Part shown: one piece after another, positions 1 through 14,037 of the stretch | Numbering within the stretch: position 1 is the stretch's first letter | Layout: each line of letters starts with the position of its first letter | Assembly (NCBI GenBank): GCA_030390025.1 | Contig: CM059432.1 | Location: 149,298,001 to 149,362,000 of the forward strand | Reading direction: 5' to 3' | Length of the DNA: 64,000 nt | DNA from: Squalus acanthias | Lineage: Eukaryota | Program-made: the position numbers and the translations under genes | Notes under the pieces: model-generated | Seen by the model: the letters and a program-made list of their open reading frames with translations, nothing else | Told to the model about the DNA's origin: nothing | Database searches by the model: none

Positions 1-183
1 GTCGCCAGTCACCCCAGTGTCCCAGGGCGCTGCAGCAATATCCCCGCCATCACTACCAAACGGGGTGGGGGGTGGGGCACCCAGTTCGCACACTAATTAC
101 TTAAATCACTCTGATCCCAGAACATTGGCCTGGGCCAGGGTTGGGTGGAAGTCCCAACCCATCAAAGACCCACCTTTACTTAA

Positions 184-649
184 GTGTCAGCCATGGCTCA
201 GTGGGTAGCACTCTCGCCTCGGAGTCAGAAGGTTGTGGGTTCATAGTCCCACTCCAGAGACTTGAGCACATAATCCAGGCTGACACTCCAGTGCAGTGCT
301 GAGGGAGTGCTGCACTGTCGGAGGTGCCATCTTTCGGATGAAACGTTAAACCGAGGCCCCGTCTGCTCTCTCAGGTGGACGTAAAAGATCCCATGGCACT
401 ATTTCGAAGAAGAGCAGGGGAGTTCTCCCCGGTGTCTTGGCCAATATTTATCCCTCAATCAACATAACAAAAACAGATTATCTGGGCATTTTCACATTGC
501 TGTTTGTGGGAGCTTGCTGTGCGCAAATTGGCTGTTGCGTTTCCTACATTACAACAGTGACTACACTCCAAAAGTACTTCATTGGCTGTAAAGTGCTTTG
601 AGACGTCCGGTGGTCGTGAAAGGCGCTATATAAATGCAAGTCTTTCTTT
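184..649 (+). mobile_element. tRNA-headed Deu-domain SINE (SacSINE1-like) with L2-type tail
   Basis: Pol III A box tggctcagtgg and B-box-like ggttcatagtcc; central ggtgccatctttcggatgaaacgttaaaccgagg...gatcccatggcact domain; tail aaggcgctatataaatgcaagtctttcttt. Confidence 0.85.
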
Positions 650-741
650 AAAGAGGGTAATCCTGGCCTCAGTACCTCGGTAGAGGTAAGTCACAAAATT
701 GAGAGGTTCCTCTCCCGGTGCAGAGTCTCATCCTGATTATA

Positions 742-3700
742 AGAACATAAGAAATAGGAGCAGGAGTAGGCCATTCGGCCCTTCGAGCCTGCTCTGCCAT
801 TCAATGAGATCATGGCTGATCTCCTGCCTCAATTCCATTCACCGGCCCTATCGCCATATCCCTTGATGCCCTTACTAGTCAGAAATCTATCGACTTCTGT
901 TTTGAATATACCCAATGACTGAGCCTCCACAGCCCTCTGGGGTCGAGAATTCCGAAGATTCACCACCCTCTGAGTGAAGACATTTCTTCTCATCTCAGTC
1001 CTGAATGGCCTACCCTTTATCCTGAGGCTGTGGCCACTGGTTCGAGACTCCCCAGCCAAGGGAAACATTCTCCCAGCATCCACCCTATCAAGCCCTGTAA
1101 TAATTTTGTATACTTCAATGAGATCCCCTCTCATTCTTCTGAATTCAAGAGAATACAGGCCTAGTTTACTCAATCTCTTCTCATACGACAGTCCCGCCAT
1201 CCCAGGAATCAATCTCGTGAACCTTCGTTGCACTCCCTCTACGGCAAGTATATCCTTCCTTAGGTAAGGAGACCAAAATTGTACACAGTACTCCAGGTGT
1301 GGTCTCACCAAGGCCCTATATAATTGGAGTAAGACTTCTTTACTCCTGTACTCAAATCCTCTTGTAATGAAGGCCAGCATACCATTTGCCTTCCTAATGG
1401 CTTGCTGCACCTGCACATTCACTTTCAGTGACTCATGTACAAGGACACCCAGGTCCCTTTGAGCATCTGCATTCCCCAATCTTTCACCATTGAGGAAATA
1501 CTCTACCTTTCTGTTTTTTCTACCAAAGTGGATAACTTCACATTTATCCACATTATATTCCATCTGCCATGTTCTCGCCCACTCACTGAGCCTGTCGAGA
1601 TCCCCTTGAAGCCTCTTCACATCCTCTTCGCAACTGACACTGCCACCTAGCTTTGTATCATCAGCAAATTTGGAAATGTTACATTTAGTCCCCTCATCCA
1701 AATCATTGATATAGATTGTGAATAGCTGGGGCCTAAGCACCGATCCTTGCGGTACACCACTAGTCACAGCTTGCCATCCTGAAAAAGACCCGTTTATCCC
1801 TACTCTTTGTTTTCTGTCTGTTAACCAATTCTCAATCCATGCTAGTATATTACACCCAATTCCATGTACCCTAATTTTGTTCACCAACCTCTTGTGTGGG
1901 ACCTTATCGAAGGTATTCTGAAAATCCAGATACACCACATCTACCGGTTCCCCTTTGTCTACTCCACTAGTTACATCCTCAAAGAACTCCAATAGGTTTG
2001 TCAAACAGGATTCCCCTTTCATAAATCCATGTTGACTCTGCCCAATCTTACTATTAGTTTCTAAGTGCCCAGTTATTGCATCCTTTATAATAGATTCCAG
2101 CATTTTCCCAACTACTGATGTGAGGCTAACAGGTCTGTAGTTCCCCGTTTTCTCTCTCCCTCCTTTCTTAAATAGCGGGGTTACATTTGCTATCCTCCAA
2201 TCTGCAGGAACTGTTCCAGAATCTATAGAATTTTGGAAGATGACAACCAATGCGTCCACTATCCCAATGGCCACCTCTTTCAAAACCCTAAAATGTAGGC
2301 CATCCGGTCCTTGGGATTTATCGACTTTTAGTCCCATTAATTTTGCTAGCACTGTTTTTTTACTAATAGTAATTTCTTTAAGTTCCTCATTCTCACCACA
2401 CCCTTGGTTTTCTCGTATTTCTGGGAGGTTTTTTGTGTCTTCCTCCGTGAAGACAGAAACAAAGTATTTATTTAATTTCTCTGCCATTTCCTCATTCCCC
2501 ATTATAAATTCTCCCGTCTCTGACTGTAAAGGACCTACATTTACCTTCGCCAGTCTTTTCCTTTTCACATACCTATAGAAACTTTTACAATCCGTTTTTA
2601 TATTTTTCGCTAGTTTGTGCTCATATTCCATTTTTCCTTTCTTTATCAATTTCTTGGTCCCCCTTTGCTGATTTCTAAAAAGATCCCAATCCTCAGGCTG
2701 ACCGCTTTTTCTGGCAACTTTATAAGCTTCCTCCTTTGACTTAATACTAGCTTTAATTTCTTTTGTTAGTCATGGTTGTGTCACTTTTCCTTTCGGGTTT
2801 TTATGCCCTAGAGGAATATATGTTTGTTGCAAATTATGCATTATTTCCTTGAATGTTAGCCATTGTATGTCCACCTTCATACCTTTTAATGTAGTCTCCC
2901 AATCTACCATGGCCAACTTGTCCCTCATACCCTTGTAGTTTCCTCTGTTTACATTGAAGACCTTAGTTTCAGATTGGACTACATCAGTCTCAAACTTAAT
3001 ATAAAATTCAATCATATTATTGGTCACTTGTCCCTAAAGGCCCCTTTACCACAAGATTATTGATTAGCCCTTTCTCATTACACAGTACCAGCTCCAGAAT
3101 AGCCTGTTCCCTGGTTGGTTGCTCCACTTACTGATCCAGGAAACCATCTTGCATGCATTCCAAGAATTCATCCTCCACACCATTAATGGTAATTTGATTT
3201 GCCCAGTCAATATGTAGATTAAAGTCCCCCATGATTACCGTATGGCCCTTGTTACATGCACTTCTAATCTCTTGATTGATACTGTGCCCTACATTACCAC
3301 TACTGTTTGGTGGCCTATACACAACTCCCACCAATGTTTTCTGCCCTTTGCTGTTTCTTAGCTCCACCCAATCTGATTCCAGTTCTACATCACGATCTGC
3401 CGAGCCAAGATCTTTTATCTCTACCGTACCGATCTCATCCCTTATTAACAGCGCTACGCCACCTCCTTTTCCTTTTTGTCTGTCCTTCCTAAATGTTGAG
3501 TACCCTGGAACATTCAGTTCCCAGCTTTGGTTACCCTACAACCATGTCTCTGTAATGGCAATTACATGATACCCATTTACTTCTATCAGTGCCATTAATT
3601 CATCCACCTTGTTGCGAATGCTACGTGCATTTAGATAAAGTGCCTTCAACTTTGCCTGTTCAATATTTTTCTGCACTTTGACCCTCTTTACTGTTGGCCT

Positions 3701-4127
3701 TTGTTTCTGCTCCCTACTAGTTTTGCTGACTACTTTTCTAACTTGCACTTTCAGCTTTGTTTCTCTCTGTTCTGGGCCCACACTTAGGTTCTCAGCCCCC
3801 TGACAAACTAGTTTAAATCCTTCCCAACAGCACTAGCAAATCCCCCTGTGAGGATATTGGTCCCGGTTCTGCCGAAGTGTAACCCGTCCAGCTTGTACAG
3901 GTCCCACCTTCCCCAGAATCGGTCCCAATGCCTCAGGAATTAAAATCCCTCCCTCCTACACCATCTCTCCAGCCACGCATTCATCTGGTCTATTCTCCTA
4001 TTTCTGCTCTCGCTAGCACGTGGCACTGGGAGTAATCCTGAGATTACTACCTTTGAGGTCCTGCTTTTTAATTTATTTCCTAGCTCCCTATATTCTGCTT
4101 GCAGGGCCTCGTCCCTCTTTCTACCTA
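742..4127 (-). mobile_element. CR1 LINE, 5'-truncated within ORF1; ORF2 disrupted in its 5' half
   Basis: RT ORF 829..2649 (YRPVSL, YLDFQ, GVPQGS, FADD, RPHLEY); APE fragments 3128-3781 (LYLNARS, ITETWL, MGDFN); SGNH-esterase-like ORF1 end (VVISGLLP...DGLH); short-repeat 3' tail. Confidence 0.95.
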
Positions 4128-4431
4128 TTGGAGCATGGCTCGGACAATCAGGCGAGGAGGCCAGCGCGCCCAAATTATCTGACTATTAACCGGCAGAAAA
4201 TTGGGAGACCCGCACATCGTGCGCTCCGAACGCCCTGTCCAATTCTCTGATCGCTCTCGACTCCAGCAAGACATCATGCTGGGAACAAGTCTCACAATTT
4301 CAAGCTTGTGGTAAACAAGGACACAGTCGGATATGAATCGAAAGGATGGGAGCAATGGGTTAGTAAAACGGATTGGAGCCTAGTTAGAAAAATAAAACCA
4401 TTTCCAGTAACCAGTTAAAAAGTTCACTTAC

Positions 4432-4544
4432 GATTGATGAAAAGTAAAAAGATACACTTTTTCACTGAATAATTTGCATTGGATATATAACCTTTCATTT
4501 TGAAAGCAAATTTGGGATCTTCAAGACACACTTCAATTAATTCC
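4432..4544 (-). CDS. MLH1: MLH1 exon 9 ([37 protein letters not shown])
   Basis: Manual translation; ctgcag acceptor, gtaagt donor; 113 nt as in human exon 9; exon 10 not found in the window. Confidence 0.97.
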
Positions 4545-5790
4545 CTGCAGTGGAAACAAACAAAAATACAGCATGAAATTCACAGTCTTTTCAAGGGTTT
4601 CTCAGTGTTCCCTGATCCGGATAATGAATCTCAAAGTGGCTTGTGGCTCTGCATCACTGACGGGAGTAACATCCTTCGCCAGTTTTGTCGGGAAATGCTT
4701 GGCCGGAGGAGCAAGTGTGCAGTCGACGATGTCCCACAGCTTTCTTCTCATCAAAGAAGCCTTGCTGCCTGGATCTCTGGTGCTGCGGCTTGGCACCAAG
4801 TGCACACGGCAGGCTGTGAGGCTGGGCAGAGCCTCAACAGCACAGTTCCCACCGCATACAGCGGGTGCGTTTGTGCGAACGCGATTTGCCCACTATACAC
4901 GGCGGACGGTCAAACCCTAACAGGTTGAAGCAGCTTGCTCTGCGCAAAGTGACTGCCACGTTTCCCCGCATTACAACAGTGGCTACACTTTCAAAAGTAC
5001 TTCATTGGCCGTAAAGCACTTTGGAACGTCCGGGGGTTGTGACAGGCGCTATGTAAATGCAAGTTCTGTCTCTAATTCAATGCAATAACTTCCGTAGTTG
5101 TTAACAGTGCAAACAGTTTAAGTGAAGCTGCCTGAAGCCTCCACTTTTTGACTGCTGTGAACAGTGTGAAAAGTTGATGGGAGACTTCAGGCAGCTTCAA
5201 CCAGCTGATGAAAGCTGCACCAAGGCTTGATTTTGCCTGAAATCAGTGGAACTTTTAGATAGGCAAGTGCTGAACGGCAAGTAAAAGCCAGCGCGCTTAA
5301 TACGTTTTAAATAATGTCTTTTAATTGACTCCTACGGGAATGGCAACTGGTTAGCGCGGTTTGCCCGATGTAGGTGGCTGTCCGGGATAAGCGCTGACTG
5401 TGTAAGTGGTGGGGACCGCGGTACAGCGAGGAAAGACTCACTGCCGTCACATCCCCTGCGCCAGCCTCGATGGGCGGCGAAGCACCAAAGGTCACGGCCG
5501 CGGTCACTCGAAGGGCTACACATCCAGCTGTGCCCACGGCGGACTGCCCTCCGGCTTCGGTGCCACAAGTCAGGTGACCACAGGCGTCGCGTATGGTACG
5601 GTGCAGTCACATCTAGGTAGCGTACGCAGTCCGGTGTCAGGGTCCGTCGTGGTTCTATGCGGTCTGTGCTCCCCTTCAGATCAGTACTTAGCGCAAGAAA
5701 CGCAAACATTGGCAGTGCTGGGCACTCCGTAAAACGGCAGAATTTGCAGCACTGCTGTTACTTTAACACTAGTTGGAAGTAAGGGCAGAG

Positions 5791-6530
5791 TGTGCCAGTG
5801 TAGCCTTTGGTCGCCTGAGGAAGAGAGTGTTTGAAGACCAGGACCTCAAACCCAGCACCAAGCTCATGGTCTACAGAGCAGCAGTGATACCAGCCCTCCT
5901 GTATGCTTCAGAGACATGGACCATGTACAGCAGGCACCTCAAAGCACTGGAGAGGTACCACCAATGCTGCCTCCGCAAGATCCTGCAAATCCATTGGCAG
6001 GATAGGCGCACCAACGTCAGTGTTCTTGCTCAGGCCAACATCCCCAGCATCGAAGCTTTGACCATGCTCGATCAGCTCCGATGGACGGGTCACATCGTCC
6101 GCATGCCCGAGACGCTACTCCCAAAACAAGCGCTCTACTCGGAGCTCCGACACAGCAAGAGAGCCCCAGGTGGGCAGAGGAAACGCTTCAAGGACACCCT
6201 CAAAGCCTCCCTGAAAAAGTGCAACATCCCCACCGACACCTGGGAATCCCTGGCCCAAGACCGCACAAAGTGGAGGAGAAGCATCCGGGAAGGCGCCGAA
6301 TACCTCGAGTCTCTTCGCCGGGAGCAAGCGGAAGCCAAGTGCAGGCAGCGCAAGGAGCGCACGTCAACCCAAGCACCCCACCCACCCGCCCCTTCAACCA
6401 CCGTCTACCCCACCTGTGACAGAGACTGTAGGTCCCGCATTGGACTCATCAGTCACCTGAAAACTTATTTTTAGTGTGGAAGCAAGTCATCCTCGGCTCC
6501 GAGGGACTGCCTAAGAGAAGAAGCAGCAAG
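5791..6530 (+). mobile_element. RTE-clade LINE 3' fragment
   Basis: AFGRLRKRVF...LLYASETWT...QLRWTGHIVRM...GGQRKRFKD typical of the RTE ORF C-terminus; (aag)n-like tail; candidate TSD aagggcagag at 5781-5790 and 6531-6540. Confidence 0.87.
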
Positions 6531-6852
6531 AAGGGCAGAGAGCAACTGGAGTATTTAAATAGAGGCCAGCAGAGGGCAGCACTGGCAGAAGCACCAACCC
6601 CACAACAGGCCTTAAAAGATCTGAAACCAGCAAAAAAAGAAATTCCCACAAACAGATTCCAGCTCCAGTTTGGAACCAACCAAGAAATCCAACTTCTGTC
6701 TTCAGCAGCGGCTGCTGCAGCTTCCTGGATGTTTGATGTTCTCCACCAGGTTTTGGCGATTGAGTTCGGACTTCTGGTAGTGGGCACTCGTCGAGAAACT
6801 AACCCAGTGCGTAACTGCAGATATCTTTCTTCACTCCTACCCCCCCGTTTTA

Positions 6853-7119
<267 letters not shown>

Positions 7120-7737
7120 TCAATATCACAAGGAGTAGTTGAGGCGAATTGAATAGAAGTTAGATAAAGACATGAGCTAGAAAGGATTAGAAGGATATGT
7201 TGATAGGGTTATATGAAGATGGGTAGGAGGAGGCTCGAGTGGAGCATAAACACCGGCAGAGACCCTTTGGGCCGAATGGCCTGTTTCTGTGTTGTAGACC
7301 TCGATGTAAATCGATTAACCTATCATGTTCTAAGTGTTGTGTCCAGCACACATTTCCTGTAATTGTCACACTTACTTCCGGTAAACATTTCCCCCCAATC
7401 GCACTTTTGTTGGTCGCAGCCTTTCTAAAACTGCACATCCTCCAAATCCCCATGAGCAACTCCACAGGAGAGCTGCTTGTATAAGAGGCAGGGTAAACGT
7501 CCTGATTCACCAGGTGCCTGCCTCCTGCCTCCTTCCGCCTGTGGTTCCAGATATAGCGCAGGCCAGGTGTAGAGTTCAATCATCCTGTCCCTGTTCTACC
7601 AACACGCCTTAATCCACAATCTCAGGAGAACTTCCCCTACTGCACGATTAGGATTTTTCCCATTTCCCCCATACTGGATAACCTCTGCATGAAGTTGCTA
7701 ATTTGTAGACTGTGCTATTGGCCCACGCCCACTAGAA

Positions 7738-8056
7738 CAGAACATAAGATGCAGGAGCAGGCGTGGGTCATTTGGCCCCTCGAGCCTGCTCCGCCATTCA
7801 ATAAGATCGCGGCTGATCTGATCTTGGCCTCAACTCCACTTCCCTGCCCGCTCCCCATAACCCTTGACTCCCTTATCGTTCAAAAATCTGTCTATCTCCA
7901 CCTTAAATATATTCAATGACCCAGCCTCCACAGCTCTCTGGGGCAGAGAATTCCAAAGATTCACGACCCTCTGAGAGAAGAAATTCCTCCTCATCTCCGA
8001 TTTAAAAGGGTGCCCCCTTATTCTGAAATTATGCCCCCTAGTTCTAGATTCCCACA
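7738..8056 (-). mobile_element. CR1 3' fragment
   Basis: ESRTRGH...RRNFFSQRVVNLWNSLP; CR1 tail. Confidence 0.88.
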
Positions 8057-9040
8057 AACTATACTGTGGACTCAAACTCATTTCACTTAGGATTGAGGAG
8101 ACCATAAACCCGTCATTGTGGACTACATTCAAACCTGGGGAGCCAGAATTGACAACGGTGGCGTCCAATCCCCATTCAGGAGCTGCTTTTTACATTGGCT
8201 CTTCCCTGGTTCAGATCCCGAGAGACCAGCTCTCTTACCCCCAACAGCAGAATCGGAGCCCTCAGTCGACTGAGCCCGCTAACTATGAAATGGGTCGGAA
8301 TTGCCTGTTTGCATTTCAAGTATGAACCATTCCAGCTACCAGGAAGATGAATTTTATCCCTTTTTTTTTCTTTCCAAGGATTTGTGCCTTTTTTTTCTAC
8401 TCTTATGATAGTTCTTCCCTCCCCAACTGCAGCCTGTTTGGAATCAGTAGTAAGCTAATCTGGCAATCGGTGGCGGTGCAGACTGGCCACTTGCAGTCAT
8501 TTGACAACAGTACTGTCAAAAGGACACAGTCACAGTGCAGGACAATAAATCCAGGGATCACTAATGGCGAGGAGAACACTGGTCTACCTCCACACTGAAG
8601 CTGCCGGCCTGTCAGTGTCAATCACACAGGCTACACCCTTTAGTACTTCCCAGAAGTGAATACTCACACACGGGACAGCAAAGCTACAAACTAGTCACCA
8701 GACTCTGCTGTCGTTAGCCCTGTACAGAGTTAATAACTTGGAATATCTCGTGGGATGGACTTCACGAACTAGCACTCCCAGGGCAGAATTTTGCAAGGTG
8801 GGAACCCAGACCATTCACCTGGGAAGTCAGCAGGACAGATTCACAGTGCCCACGTTTTTGGACGGAATGCGTCCAAATTCCCGACTTGCAGTCTGTCGCT
8901 CAGCACCTGGAGCGGGAATTCATAAAGTCCAACCCGGTGTTTCCAGCAGGACTCCCCTTTAGGTGGAAGAGCTCCTCCAGACTCGCAAAAGAAATGTTTC
9001 AGGAAGAGGAAGAGAGCCAGTCAAGCCATTCAGTACCCAC

Positions 9041-9083
9041 CTTCTTCACAGCGAAGCTCACTCCTGCATTGTGAATGGCATAC
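9041..9083 (-). CDS. MLH1: MLH1 exon 7 (YAIHNAGVSFAVKK)
   Basis: Manual translation; ctcgcag acceptor, gtgggt donor; 43 nt as in human exon 7. Confidence 0.96.
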
Positions 9084-10144
9084 CTGCGAGGAGAGATTGT
9101 GGAACATCGTGACCAAATATAACCATGGGCATTGGTAATTAGAAAAATCTGCAAAGGAAGAGTTACTTGGTGCTCCTATTAGTTAAGATAACCAGCTCCC
9201 GCCATCTGATGGAAGTACAGGGAGCTCCTCTGCCAAGAACAGATTGTGCAGACAGTGTTATATCCCAATCTGGATATACGTCAACGGATACAACCATTAG
9301 AACAAGTGGAACAGTTGGACTTCCATGTCAACCTTGACTCTCCTTAAGGTGTTACATGGGTACACAGGTGAAGATTAGATTGTAACCTGGAGAGAGTGAG
9401 GCCCCGATATTGACGGGGACAGGTTTTGTAAGCAGGGGAGGGAAGGGGGGGAGGAGCTTTGGTCGGGCCCGCATGCTGTGGGGTTTTAAACCCGGAGGTG
9501 GGGGTGGGGGGTTGGAAGCGGGTTGGGGTCGGGTTTGAGATTAAAATTATTTTTTATTTTTTTTACACCTCACCCGACCCCAATCCACCCATTTTTGGAG
9601 GTTACAATCACCCCGAGTTTCAACCTTTGTCGACGACAAACTTTAAGTAATAAGTAATATCGAAAAAAAAAAATCACAAGTTGAGGAGACCATGTAATGT
9701 CTGTTGAATGATGACGTTTCCCCCCCTTTATCCTCCAAGCAGTTTGTTCAAGTACTTCCATTCAAACATACTGAATAAACGTCAATTTCTTCAGTGTAAG
9801 TAAATGACCCTCCCATCCAGCACCTAGAAACTGCACTTACCCCTGAGCTGCTCTGTTAACGGGTACAACTATTATCTTACTGTTTCACTGCACAATGTTC
9901 CAACACAGACAAAGACCATTCAGCCCATCTAGTTTGTCTCAGTGTTTTTCGCCATAAGCTACTTAGTCTGATCCCACTCTGGGACTCCCTCCCCATACTC
10001 TTCGATATTCCTCTTTTCCAAGCAACCAATTCCTTTTTATAAGAATGGATGGGCTCAGTTTCAACCACAGAACAGAACAGATGATACTAATAAAAAAAAG
10101 TCACAGCAGAAGATTAATAGATTTTTTAAAAAAACTGTATCTAC

Positions 10145-10236
10145 CTGCTCATAACTTCCACGATTCTGGAATACTCATCGCTTGGATTTTTCAGAGCCTT
10201 CCTTCGTGTGGCAATATTGTAGAATAGATCTTCCAC
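10145..10236 (-). CDS. MLH1: MLH1 exon 6 ([31 protein letters not shown])
   Basis: Manual translation; tttcag acceptor, gtagat donor; 92 nt as in human exon 6. Confidence 0.97.
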
Positions 10237-10373
10237 CTGAAAGCAGATGTCAACATCAGGAACACTGCACTAAACGATCCAAGGGCCAAGCAGAACAAGG
10301 GCCACTGCAGCAGCCACACTCCGAGACACAACAGCTCGTTTTTCTTTTGTTGGATAAGGGTATCAAGATATAT

Positions 10374-10973
10374 GGCTGGGTATTCTGCAGCGAGTGTCTC
10401 ACCTCCTGACTCCCCAAAGCCTTTCCACCATCTACAAGGCACAAGTCAGGACTGTGATGGAATACTCTCCACTTGCCTGGATGAGTGCAGCTCCAACAAC
10501 ACTCAAGAAGCTCGACACCATCCAGGACAAAGCAGCCCACTTAATTGGCACCCCATCTACCACCTTAAACAGTCACTCCCTCCACCACCGGCGTACCGTG
10601 GCTGCAGTGTGTACCATCTACAAGATGCACTGCAGCAACTCGCCAAGGCTTCTTCGGCAGCACCTCCCAAACCCGCGACCTCTTCCACCTAGAAGGACAA
10701 GGGCAGCAGGCGCATGGGAACACCACCACCTCCAAGTTCCCCTCCAAGTCACACACCATCCTGACTTAGAAGTATATCGGCCGTTCCTTCATCGTCGCTG
10801 GGTCAAAATCCTGGAACTCCCTCCCTAACAGCTCTGTGGGAGTACCTTCACCAAACAGACTGCAGCGGTTCAAGGCGGCGGCTCACCACCACCTTCTCAA
10901 GGGCAACTAGGGATGGGCAATAAATGCTGGCCTTGCCAGCGATGCCCACATCCCATATACGAATAAAAGAAAA
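10374..10973 (+). mobile_element. LINE 3' fragment (Jockey/CR1-group, family not determined)
   Basis: IYKAQVRTVMEYSPLAW...LDTIQDKA thumb region; A-rich tail; related copies at 46270-46970 (minus), 59267-59948 (plus), 61176-61420 (plus) and 50320-50845 (minus). Confidence 0.8.
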
Positions 10974-12285
10974 TATGGGTCAAAGGCGGGGAAATGGATT
11001 TGAGGACCAGTTTAGCCATGATCTAATTGAATGGTGTTCCAGGCTCAAGGGGCTGAATGGCCTATTCCCAAGAAGCTAAATAGTCTACTCCTTCTTATTA
11101 ATTCCACCCCTAATATAAAACAGACAAAGACATTACATGGAGATTTCAAGCACACAACGTTTCCCTACACTGCAGCAGTGACTACACTTCAAAAGGTATT
11201 CCATTGATCGTAAAGCACTTTGGGACACCCTGAAGCTACGAAAGGCACTATGTAAATGCAAACTCTTTCTTATTTGACATCAGTCTCCCTGTAGATCCCT
11301 CGGAGGCTGCTTAGTGAGACAGGGACTATCCTTCTGTACATGGGCAACCAGGATGGGTCCCCATCAAACAATTGCAAAACAAAAAATCCCTGAGCTAGAG
11401 AGACAAGGGAGTTTGTTTAATGCCATTTGTAACATAGATCGTATTTAAAAATGGCTGGAAATGGGAAGTGAGCAGGCTGTGACTGCCGCAGAATCAGTTC
11501 TGTGCACCTGCGATGGATATTATTTGCCCAGCCAGCATGTTTACCGAGCCAGAACAGGAGGCAGTAATCTGAAGACAGATGGATTGGCAGTCAACGGCAC
11601 TGCATCAAGGTTAAAGGAGTATACAGACCTGCCCTTAACGTGGAACAGCAGAACTTTATCTTGTTTACAAAGGCTCTAAACACAAGTGATATAATCTGGC
11701 GTCAGGTAGAGTAGAAAGGGCTATAAATTCTCCTGGGCGACAGCGAATCCGCAGCCTGCTTTGCACTCCGTACCATTTTCTTTTGCAATGGAAAAAATAG
11801 AAGCTCTGGCTACAGCTGGAGAGATAAAGAGTGGAAGCAAGCAAGAGAAATCTCGCTCAGCTGGACAGCAGAAAAGATGTTGGACATGGATGGTGTGGTC
11901 GACTGTGTCAAAGGCTGCAGAGATGATGAGGAAGGCTGGAAGGCAAAATGCACCGTGGTCAAAGTCACAGAGGGTGTAATTTGTGACTGATTAGTGCTGA
12001 TTCAGTGCTGTGGTAGAGTCGGAAACCTGGCTGGAGAAATTCAAACAGGCTGTTACAGGAAAAATGGGTACGGATTTGGGAGGCAACAAGAGGACTTTGG
12101 AAAGGAAAGGGATGTTGAAGATGTGGGCGGAGGTTTGCAAGGACAGAAGGGTCAAATTGGGCGATGAAGGTAGTTTTGAAAGGGAGGGGTACTGTACCTG
12201 AGAAAGAACAACAGTAAGTACACTGAATACTAAAACAAACAAGAAAAAAACAAACTAAAGGTTAAAATATTGAAGAGGAACTTAC

Positions 12286-12358
12286 TGTGATCTGTGTACC
12301 TTGGTTTCCAGCACATGGTCTTGGAGGAGCCTTTAATCTCCCATCACAGTAGCTACCT
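12286..12358 (-). CDS. MLH1: MLH1 exon 5 ([24 protein letters not shown])
   Basis: Manual translation; ctttag acceptor, gtaagt donor; 73 nt as in human exon 5. Confidence 0.97.
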
Positions 12359-12948
12359 CTAAAGAACAGAGAAGGTAATGTAAGGTTTTATATATTTTAA
12401 AAACGCCTGTGATCGAACTACTATTCCCGTCGCTCGTCACTGCCTCAAGCAGAAGAGTGGCTGAGGAATTCTCGGGCAGATTTTATCAATCTGTGCTCCC
12501 GGCATCGAGCTGCACCAACTGGGGGCACATATCAGGGAGTCAGGCATGCAGGTCCGCGTCCCCCCGCTAATGATATAAGAACATAATAAGAAGTAGGAGC
12601 AGGAGTCGGCCATACGACCCTTCGGGCCTGCTCCGCCATTCAATAGGATCATGGCTGATCCGAACCTAGACTCACCTCCACTTCCCTGCCCGCTGAGATG
12701 TGCTGCTGTTGTGCAAAGCTCCAGATCTGGAGGGCTAATTCTAAAATCTACCCTATTGTCTCTTCACTGTCTAATGAGGCAACAAGGTCACAACCACAAA
12801 TAGTTCACTCCCAGCAACCGAGAGCTGCAATATAAAGGTGGCTGTATGGTGTAACTTTCAGAGAAGGAAGATTTAAGGGCAAATGACAAGGATAACAATG
12901 ATGCCGTGTAGTTCTTCTCCTTGTGGAAGTGTAGGAATTTTCAGTTCT

Positions 12949-13682
12949 AAGAACATAAGACGTAGGAGCAGGAGTCGGTCATTCGGCCCCTCGAGCCTGC
13001 TCCGCCATTCAATAAGATCATGGCTGATCTGATGTTGGCCTCAACTCCACTTTCCTGCCCACTTCCAATAACCCTTGACTCCCTTACCTTTCAAAAATCT
13101 GTCTATCTCCACCTTAAATATATTCAATGACCCAGCCTCCACAGCTCTCTGGGGAAGAGAATTCCAAAGATTCACAACCCTCTGAGAAGAAATTCCTCAT
13201 TTCCGTTTTAAATGGGTGCCCCCTTATTCTGAAATTATGCCCCCTAGTTCTAGATTCCCCCACGAGGGGAAACATCCTCTCTGCATCTACCCTGTCAAGC
13301 CCCCTCAGAATATTATATGTTTCAATAAGATCCCCTCTCATTCTTCTAAACTCCAATGAGTATAGGCCCAACCTGCTCAACCTTTCTTCATAAGACAACC
13401 CCTTCATCTCAGGAATCAACCTCGTGAACCTTCTCTGAACTGCCTCCAATGCAAGTATATCCTTCCTTAGATAAGGAGACCAAAACTGTACGCAGTACTC
13501 CAGGTGTGGTCTCACCAACGCCCTGTACAGTTGTAACAGGACTTCCCTACTTTTATACGCCATTCCCTTTGCAATAAAGGCCAACAATCCATTTGCCTTC
13601 CTATTTACTTGCTGTACCTGATGTAATCTCTCCCCATTTAAATAATAATCTGCTTTTTTATTTTTCCTCCCAAAGTGGATAA
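12949..13682 (-). mobile_element. CR1 3' fragment
   Basis: ORF 13114..13587 RT C-terminus; CR1 tail. Confidence 0.9.
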
Positions 13683-13963
13683 GCCTCTATGTCAAGCCCT
13701 GTTGATCAACCTGCCGAGATCACCAGCAGCTGCAGGAGAGTGCCCTGTGAGAAGGTCATCACCACATTCTCATTCTCATCCTCAGGTGGTGTGTGGCTCA
13801 AGGTGTCGCCAAGAACAAATGCGCAGATCTCAGTGCCCTGGGATCACATACAGGGAAATTGCAGGCGCGCTCCCAGTGATCTTCTGGTTACTAATGGTGG
13901 GACTGCTCTGAAGGGCACTCATTTGTAAACTACACCCCAAAAAGTGAGTCATAAAACATTTAC

Positions 13964-14037
13964 CTGAATGCACATTTCCCATCAGCAGTTTTGGTCGTTA
14001 CGGTGACATGTGCCACATGGCTTATGCTGGCAAGAGC
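13964..14037 (-). CDS. MLH1: MLH1 exon 4 (ALASISHVAHVTVTTKTADGKCAFR)
   Basis: Manual translation; tttttag acceptor, gtaaat donor; 74 nt as in human exon 4. Confidence 0.97.

Noticed and set aside
184..262. tRNA gene
   Set aside because: It is the tRNA-derived head of a SINE and continues into the SINE body
1..4431. MLH1 exon 10
   Set aside because: No HRLVES...HPFLYL-like frame found; the region is SINE and CR1, so the exon presumably lies left of the window
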